NCBI GenBank assembly: GCA_002269645.1
Contig: NIVC01000500.1
Span: 62,001 to 126,000 of the forward strand
DNA: 64,000 nt
Direction of reading: 5' to 3'
Source of the DNA: Macrostomum lignano
Lineage: Eukaryota
Below the pieces are notes generated by a model, which did no database searches, had not been told where the DNA came from, and was given only the letters and a program-made list of their open reading frames with translations. Below, in pieces: positions 55,901-64,000 of the stretch. Each line of letters begins with the position of its first letter. Position 1 is the stretch's first letter. A program made the translations under genes and the position numbers.

Positions 55901-57118
55901 TATTACTAAAGCTGTTGCTGAGGCCCCGGTGAAAGCCTGGATGCAACTGAGGTGTCAGCGGCGGCGGAGGCGGCGGCAGCGTAGCAGCTTCATCTTGGAG
56001 GCTGGGACAGGGCGCCGGCGGCGAGCCCACGGTCAGTAGGAGGCGGTGAAATTTAGCAAAAGTCAACGGCAGTTCACCGCCAGAGGCCTGTTGTTAGGTC
56101 AGAACGGTGGCTATATTGGTGTTTGATAAAAGCTGAATGTGTTTAGCACAGCTGGAGAAATGTTATATCATATATCCTGATAGTTATTCATATTTTAGCT
56201 TATACTTGTATCAACGTAAGGCAATGTAGCAGCTCGCCTGACGGTTTTAGTCTACCCTCTTGAGTACCCGCACCAGATATTTAGTCCCACACCTTTGGTC
56301 TCAAACCTCAGATTCCCCTTCAATCAATCCCAAACCTCAAGTCCCTCACCTTCAAGGCTTCAATCCTGAATCGAGTCCCTCACCTTCAATCCCGAAACCC
56401 CGAGTACCTCACCTTCAATCCCGAAACCTCGAGTCCCTCACCTTCAATCCCGAAACCCGAGTACCTCACCTACAATCCCGAAACCCCGAGTACCTCATCT
56501 TCAATCCCGAAACCCCGAGTCCCTCACCTTCAATCCCGAAACCCCGAGTCCCTCACCTTCAATCCCGAAACCCCGAGTCCCTCACCTTCAAACCTAAACA
56601 TCGAGGATTTTTCATTGTTTCTTTCAAATTTGAAATTCCGCACATAAAAAGCAGATCAGAATGGCACAACCGCTCACCTGCATGAGCACCTGCTGACTAT
56701 AAAGAGTTTGAGAACAGCCGCGCAGCACAGTAACGCCCAACTCGTGCGCCAGCTTAGTAACAGCCGAGTCTCTATCCCTACCCAAAGGTGTACAATCCTC
56801 TTCAAAGCTCAAATGACTGGCTCCCCATAGCGGCAGCAGACGCCTAAACGCTTCCAAAGGTTGACCGCGAACAACAAATAATCTGGAGCCTAATCGTCTC
56901 AACGACTCGTCAAGATCGCGGAGACAATCAACCAGGAAGCGCCATTTATTAGCCGCCAGGTATCGATGCTGCTGATGCCGTTCAAGCTGACAATCTAGCA
57001 GGAATACGCAGCGCAAATTGTCTGCCTGACGAGCTGCAGCCAACAATGAGGCATTGTCGTGTAGTCGAAGATCTCTGCGAAACCAATGCACGGCATGTTT
57101 AACACCGCCACCGCTCAT
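52680..57118 (-). CDS. CRY: Cryptochrome, mammalian-type (CRY-m/CRY2-like), divergent, ~638 aa; in-frame upstream ATGs exist up to 57196
   Basis: Exons 57118-56678, 56087-55260, 54875-54717, 53168-52680 (all GT-AG, phase 0). HAVHWFRRDLRLHDN, NKWRFLVDCLRDLD...SRLFVVRGQP, GGETEALARLTRHMERRSWVA, QLTDLYRKIK, YGELLWRE, RTGVPWIDAIMTQ, NWEDGAKLFEQLLIDAEW and GDYIRHYLP...HEPWLAP align with human CRY1 as recalled. Confidence 0.92.
53405..54345. repeat. 35-bp minisatellite (GTCAAGGCTTACATGTACGGGGGGATTGTTGAGAT), ~26 copies, CRY intron 3
   Basis: Directly visible. Confidence 0.95.
54918..55190. repeat. 36-bp minisatellite (TGGGATTAAGCTCCCATATCAAGATGGGATCTAGTG), CRY intron 2
   Basis: About 7 copies. Confidence 0.9.
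56310..56595. repeat. 29-bp minisatellite (CCTCACCTTCAATCCCGAAACCCCGAGTC), CRY intron 1
   Basis: About 9-10 copies. Confidence 0.9.
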
Positions 57119-60100
57119 TGCTGGACCGTCTAATGTCATCCAATGATCATCATTTGGACTATTACTATCTGTTATGCAGCTCTGCATGCGCTCCATTGGA
57201 GTGGCGCTCAGGAATATTATAAGCAAGCATCCATTAACCTAAAGCAGTAGATTAAGACTGTAGATAAACAATTCACCCAGTACGAGTATGAGTATAGGTG
57301 TCATCAAGGTCAATCTAATTTATGCAATTTGTGCCTTGCTCAAGGTTTAAATCCTAACTAATACTATAGGAAGCAATTTAGTGCTGTATTGGGGTTTTTT
57401 CATTTGGGGGTTACAAGCTAGGTCATATTTGGAAAACTTCTCCAACCTATACTAGTTGTTTGCAACTTAGTTTGCTTTAGTAGTACAGTTGACTTTTATA
57501 TTTTTTCTAATGCATCTTTGATTTGTTTTTTCTTTTCCTTGCTCTTTTGTTGTCCCTTTTCTCTTCATTTTTTGGGGAGGAGGATTTTATATACCTTTGG
57601 TATTGGTAACCAACAAAGTTGGTCTGGCTAGCATAAATTTTGGTGGACCAAAGATAAATTGCAATGTTTTTATCAGTTTTCAGTTAAGTTTAAATTTTTT
57701 AATATACATTTTTAGATTTTGAATATTATTAGCCTACCTTCTCTTAGGTAATCTTTTAAAAAAATGATTCTAGTAGACATAGGTCACTTTGTTAATCATG
57801 GTCATTAGCATAATATTTTTTTAAAGACTAGTCTTATTTCAATAAAAAGATCATTTATTTTTGTGATCCCCAAATTTAATACCAATAAGCTTTAGGATAG
57901 CTTTGGGCCTATACATGCCTAAGACCCTTTTAGGCATAGATTATAAGTCTATCCTGAAGACTGGTACAATATAAAAATGGTAAAAAATGGCAAATGGTAA
58001 AAATGGTACAATATATAAACTTTTAGGCTATAACATAGATATGCAATTAAAACTTTTTAGGTTTTTAAATTATACATTCAAACTGGAATGACACAAACTA
58101 TTTGTGTACTTAATTTGCAACAAGAATATGAAAATGGTGTGCAACAAACTAGGTAGCCTAAATTTTGCAATTATCTTATTCTTTTGTTTGAATAAAATTA
58201 AACTAAGCCATAGGCCCATAGGCATAGTGGAAAACATATAGAACATACAATGGAAGATGGACTTTTCCAAAGAAAATTCTGGCTCACACAAAAGGGTCTT
58301 AGATTTTGCATTTCTGCATTTTATTCTACATATTTTTACTTCTACATTTTCTAGCTTGGCAGTCTAATTACAAGTATTTGGTTGCAATTGCCTCTTTTTG
58401 TTAATAATGGTATATAGTTAAACTGTTGTCATATTTTGTATGGTTTCTATGTTGTTTGTTTAGTCAAGCTTTCTGGCAAATTGCCAAACAAACTGCTCAG
58501 AAAGTTGTCAGCACAAGCAGTGCTAGAAATGAGGATAAGAAGTCAGCAGAAATTTGGAAGAAAATTGGTTATTAGAACTAGAGCCAAAGAAGTCTAATGC
58601 CTTGATGAGCAAGTACAAAAGGAAGATGCTATCTTGGAAAGTGAAGAAAAGGAACTTAGAAAAGGTAAATGACAAGCTAGCTAAGAAGAAGCATTAATTA
58701 GGAAACAAAAAGTGAAATAAAAACTTTATTTAGAGACTTGATGCAAGATATTTCATGGCCATAGCAAGATATTTCATGGCCATAGCCTATAACAATTTTA
58801 TTGTTTATATATAATATATTCACAAAGGCTATCCAAAAAGTAATGTTACTGCTAATCCAAATAATATCATTTTGCACGGATTTATAGCAGCAACTCTCTT
58901 CTTTATGTCAACTTTAACATTATTAAAAACAATGGAAACAAAAGTTATAAACTAAAATGTAGCAGGACCTCAACAATAGACCAATACGCCTAGAGCATAA
59001 CATAGCTAAAATTAAAAAAAATTCTATAGGGTTGCCAGTCAATCTAGCAACAAGACAATCTAGCAACAGACAATCTGGCAACAATCAAATTGGCAATAGA
59101 CAATCTAGCAACAGATTTTGTATTGTAGATTTTATGGATTTTAGATATAAAAAAACAAAAAATTACATGAATGTAGTTTTTAATTGTATATGTAGATAAT
59201 TCACTTTAGGATGGTCAATATCTTTTCTGAAAAAAATGGTACAAATGATGGCTGTATTTCTGACATAGGTCTAATTTAAAGTGTCACATTACATCAAATG
59301 ATTAATTTAAATGTAATGTATCTGATTAGGCCTATAAAACATGTAGGCATGTGTAGCATTTAGTGAAAATGAAGAATGCATTGATTTAATGCAGTTTCCT
59401 ATTTTTAAAGCAATACTCGTATTAGGCTATTATTATAAGAAAACACCTTACATTGCAAACTTGTGTTGTATAATAGTTAACCTTTGCCAATATATTTTAG
59501 ACAAATTTTCTGACACTTAAATTAATGCTGCAAAAAGTGTTTGAAAGTGTCATTTCACATAGGTGGTGCTTATTTAGCTGGCACCAGCCAAATAAGTTTG
59601 CTACTATTTAGCTGGCAGTCCTGCCCCACTACCAATCAAACAACCTTATCACTATTTAGCCAGCAATCCTGGCCCCCAATGGCCACGTCTTAGTGTCTCT
59701 ATCCACATTCTATCCATGTCCTATCTCCTCAGACCTTAGTGTATTTTTTGGGAAAACCTGCCTTCTAAAATTTTCTAAGAAATGAGAGGTTTCCCATCCT
59801 TTTACTTAAGTCGTCCTTGACATGCACATGTAGCTATTAACTTTTAGTCATGTAGCCTAGGCAAGCAGAGTAAACGTCGGTGCATAAACTCATCAAAGGC
59901 CTATGACTTTTAAATGTACATCATATATAACATGTGGTATAGCAGATAGATATGAGGAGATACAAAATTAGATACATGTAGGAGGTGAAGCTATAAACGT
60001 GAAGATCGGAGATGGACACCTACCCCATAGTCAGGAAAGCGGCACAATATGTGCCAGAATAATTTTTTTGGAACAATCTATGCACCATCTATGCACTGTC

Positions 60101-60322
60101 TTTGTGCCATTTGTTCGCTGTCTGTGCGCCATCTGTGCACCATGTCTGTGCCTTTATTTTACATATTTTATGTAAATTATATATTTTATGACAAATTTAC
60201 AAAATTCTTAGAATTCATGTAGACTTAATATGCTATACCAGTTTTATGCTAATAAAGATTCTATTCTGATTCCTTATGCACCAAGTTGTGCAAAGCACTG
60301 CATATGTCAGAGACCTTATGTG

Positions 60323-60910
60323 TAGAGGTTGGACGGGATCCCGATCCCAATCCCAAAATCTCGGGATCCCGAGGAAAATTGGATTCCCGCAGGACTAGAA
60401 TCCCGACCCTAAAAAACACGAGAAACAGGAAGAGGTCTTTTGTTTAAAAATTTATAGAATTAGTGATTACTTGAATGTATTTTGTTTTACCTTGTTTCAT
60501 TACATTATTAATTTGCTGGTTACAAAACTTTGCATCAATTTTGTTGTATTCTACTTTTTGATCTTGACATTTTTAGCTCAATTTTGTTTAACTTTATATG
60601 GACCTACAAGCTACAATACACTAAAAGACTTGATCCCAATTCCTGAATCCCGATCCCAATCTCGATCCCAAGAAAAAAATTATTCCCAATCCCAATCCCG
60701 CCCGAAGATTTCAATCATACATGCGCAACTTTGGGATTCACTCGGCCGTTTCTATTGGCAACACACGCATGTAAGTCGCTATTGGACAGAACAGTAGTCA
60801 CGTGACTGCTCTCAGCCAATAGCGACTTACATGCGTGTGTTGCCAATAGAAACGGCCGGGTGAATCCCAAGGTTGCACCCAAGCATGATTTCAATCCTGT
60901 CTGACCTCTA
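60323..60910. mobile_element. hAT-type MITE (TAGAGG...CCTCTA termini), ~408 bp excluding the nested MITE
   Basis: TIR TAGAGGTTGGACGGGAT / ATCCTGTCTGACCTCTA; 8-bp TSD CTTATGTG at 60315-60322 and 60911-60918. Confidence 0.85.
60716..60887. mobile_element. 172-bp hairpin MITE, copy 3
   Basis: TSD ATTTCAAT at 60708-60715 and 60888-60895. Confidence 0.9.
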
Positions 60911-62141
60911 CTTATGTGCCACATGTGCTACAATTATGTGCCACATGTGCTAGGGACCTCAGTGTGCACCATAATTGTGCGCCATATGCGCTAGGGACTT
61001 CATTGTGTGCCATGATTATGTGCCAAGGACCCTTTGTGTGTGCCATAATTTTCCATGGCAAAGGCCACCTTTCTGACTATGGCACCCACCTAGTTGTAGG
61101 CCCAGGCCATACTATACATGTATAGTCTAGTAGACAAGAGGGCAAGGTTTGCTTGGATGTATGGGTTATAGCTTATTAATTTGACTGGTAAAGAAGAAGG
61201 ACTACTGGCTAAATAGTAACAGGCTTATTTGACCAGCGTGGCCATTGGGGGCCAGGATTATTGGCTAAATAGTGATGAGGTTATTTGACTAGCAATGGAG
61301 CAGGAGCTGCAGGACTGCCAGCTAAATAGTAGCAAAATTATTTGGCCAGTACCAGCTAAATAAGCACTGCCTTTCACATATGGTTAGGCCTAACTTTTGC
61401 CAACACATCTTCTAAAACTTTTTGCAACACTATAATCAGGAAGATGCATTTTACTCAGAAAATTCTGGTGTATACAGGGAAATTTTGGGCCAATTTTGGC
61501 ATACATGGCGTACCACAGTTTAGAGAAAGTACCACATGGCATGCAATGGTATGCCACGATACACAATTGTACACCATGCCACCATGGGCGTTGGGCCCTG
61601 CCCTGCCTACCCACAATATGCTGAATCCTAATGCATAAAATTTATTTTTAAAAAACTGTTTTTAAAACTGAAAAGGAAAGAAAAAATGTTTTTTTCTGGT
61701 GCTAATTTTCTTTCATTAAAGTCATTGAAATTTCAGCATAAATGAAAACTTAGTTAAAGTTTGAATTTTACATTATTTTAAACTTTATTATCAAAACTTC
61801 CATTCACGTGCACTGCTACCCCTACCTCCAACTCCGTTCATTGGCATACCACTGGGTTCCGATCTTGGCGTACATGGTATACCACTTTTTTTACTGACTT
61901 TTTATTCTAATGTACCGTGCCATGATCCTGACTATGGTCAGGATCATGTTGCAATGCAACATTTTGAGTATTGTAAAAAGTGTGTCTGAAAATGTGTTGG
62001 CAAAAGTTATACAGGTTAAAAAAATAAGCTGTTGAAACCTGCGCATTTTGAACCAACCTACACTCCAATTGGACCAATTCAATACAATCCAATTCCAATT
62101 TGCAATTTGAAACTATTTTTGCATACTCTATTAAAATAAAA

Positions 62142-62430
62142 GGGTCTATGATAATTTCCCGCAGGAATTTTTCCCGCCCAGCTTTCCCCGCATGAGTTTT
62201 TCCCGCATGAGATTTTCTTGCAGCGAGTTTTTCCCGCGACAAAAATTTGCCGCAGGAGCTTTCCCCGCACGAGATTTTCCCGCAGCGAGTTTTTATCGCA
62301 GCAAGGGTTTCCCGCAGGAAATTTCCCAGTCGAGATTTTCCTGCCGAGCTTTTACCGCCGAGATTTTCCCGCACGAATTTTCCCTGCGCAGACTTTTTCC
62401 AGCAGAAAGATTTTCCCGCAAGAAATTTCT
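62142..62430 (+). repeat. TTTTCCCGC-rich degenerate repeats, probable left terminal/subterminal region of the MULE element
   Basis: Begins GGGTCTATGATAATTTCCCGC after an A-rich flank, with many TTT(T)CCCGC copies; the right end is outside the window, so the TIR and TSD are unverified. Confidence 0.45.
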
Positions 62431-63342
62431 TGTGATTGCCTGTTTACCTTCCTACCTTCCTACCTGTCTGTCTGTCTGCCTGGCTAGCTGCCTGTGTCGA
62501 ATTTACCAAAGAAAATCGCGTCTCTGCAAATGGCTTTCCTTTTTTAAAGTTCTTTCTTAATTCAGTACCTGTCTGGCTGTCTGTCTTTCTATGGAACATT
62601 GCATATGACAAAACTATAAAGTTCCACAATTTGTAAAAAAACCCATCAGTACATTCAGAGCATGATTTAAGATATAAAAAAGACGACTCAGATAGACTTC
62701 AAAATTATAAGAAACTCAAATCTAATGCATGGCGTTATGCAACTGATAATGGATCAGCTGCATTTTTTCTATCCCTTTTGATAACTTTGTTTAAAGAAGA
62801 ATGTTCTTTAACAATCGGGGAAATATATTAGTAAGGAGTCTAATTGGGATTCTATTTTGGATTGGATAGACGAAATGCTGTTTTACGCCTGGTTTTCCTG
62901 CTGATTAGGTGTTTCCTCCAAAAGTGATTTGTTCTTCTGCATTTCTGTAAAAAGTCTAAGCGCACTGAGGGTACATTCTCCTAAAGTTTCGATACATGTT
63001 TACTTGCACAAAGTGCACGAAAAAAGAACTGCTCCCCGTCCCCGATTAAGTGTTTAGTAATAACAACATAATGTCTTGGGGCCTTTGTTTTTAGTGTCTG
63101 GTTCTGCTTAAATGTTTCTGATTGCCTCGAGTAGACAGCGCTCATTAAAACTGATTGCTTGTTCTTGTTTTTACTGAGTTTAGTAAACATTGAATTACCA
63201 CTCTAGCACACTGCGATAGTATATAGATCAGCGTACACGGTTAGAGCGAGAGGAAAATCATGAAATCGATTCTGCTGCTCTGAATCCTATAGTTTTCTTA
63301 GCTGTGCGAACTGCAAATTAACTGCAAACGAGTTGAATTGAC

Positions 63343-64000
63343 ATGGCAGAAGCTCACACTCCAGTCCAGTTCTCAGTTACGACGCGTGGCAAGCGTAAAG
63401 CAGCATGCCAAGGGTACTACTATACCATGGAAAAATTAAGCCAAGCCGATGCCTCGATAAGTTTTTGGCAGTGCGAGGAGCGCCATTCTGGTTTCTGCTC
63501 AGCCAGAGTTCATATACAAGGTGAAAATGTCATCAAGCAGATAAACCAGCATAACCATGGTGCAGATGGCTCACGCTTCAGCGTCCTGGAGGCCGTCCGA
63601 GGCATGAAGACCGATGCAAGGCAGACCCAAGACCCAACTGCAAGGATAATCATGGAGCACGCTAGCGGTCTACCTGAGGCAGCAGGTGTAGCCCTTCCTA
63701 GCCAGAACTCGCTAAAGATAATGGTTCAGAACGTGCGCTATGTGCACCAAGGACTACCTGTGCAGCCGACCAATCTGAATGATTTAGTGATTCCTGATGA
63801 ATTTCGAGTACACAATGGGTCAAGATTTCTACTGGACAACTTCGGCCACGGAAACGAGCGAATTTTGATTTTTGGCAGCGACGAGAACTTGCTGGCATTG
63901 CAAGCAGCTGCTCAATTTTATTCAGACGGCACTTTTGATGCTTCTCCACCATTATTTGCGCAACTGGTCAGCATCCATGTTGAGCTTCATGGATTTGTGC
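63343..64000 (+). mobile_element. Mutator-like (MULE) transposase ORF with N-terminal FLYWCH-type zinc finger, 3'-truncated by the window edge
   Basis: Manual translation is open for 219 codons: MAEAHTPVQFSVTTRGKRK...GYYY...FWQC...C...QHNH...LVIPDEF...RILIFGS...FYSDGTFDASPPLFAQLVSIH (DGTF is the first catalytic Asp motif). It is absent from the ORF track, presumably because no stop codon falls inside the window. Confidence 0.88.

Larger units (their letters stand above)
59561..61371. mobile_element. Old ~1.8-kb non-autonomous TIR DNA element hosting two nested insertions
   Basis: About 130-bp imperfect inverted repeats (59561-59690 versus 61235-61371); TTTCACAT duplicated at both flanks. Confidence 0.65.

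Noticed and set aside
52680-57118. (6-4) photolyase or Drosophila-type CRY
   Set aside because: Catalytic His pair absent; RHMERRSWVA and LTDLYRKIK match mammalian-type CRY better. A phylogeny is still needed.

Overview
Eukaryotic (animal) genomic DNA, very repeat-rich. GC-rich exons, minisatellite-filled introns and TTAGGG repeats resemble a free-living flatworm such as Macrostomum (inference, not verified). Five intron-containing host genes can be reconstructed by hand: EFHB (minus, runs off the 5' end, apparent 1-nt frameshift), V-ATPase V1 subunit C (plus), a brainiac-like beta-1,3-glycosyltransferase (minus), an NKRF-like XTBD/dsRBD/G-patch/R3H gene (minus) and a divergent mammalian-type cryptochrome (minus). 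An uninterrupted FLYWCH/MULE transposase ORF runs off the 3' end. The most unusual feature is a 23.4-kb head-to-tail nest of non-autonomous Helitron/Helentron-like elements (18453-41812). Each of its seven 'B' units carries a short interstitial telomeric (TTAGGG)n tract at the same position, and one 4.85-kb 'A' element sits at an A|T site whose empty version is visible in paralogous units. Other highlights: a 170-172-bp hairpin MITE family (3 copies, each with an 8-bp TSD) carrying a central GTCACGTGAC (E-box/CLEAR) motif upstream of the V-ATPase and cryptochrome genes; a triple-nested TIR element stack; and a possible short XTBD-only versus long NKRF isoform switch. Most ORFs in the supplied track are artefacts of tandem repeats.
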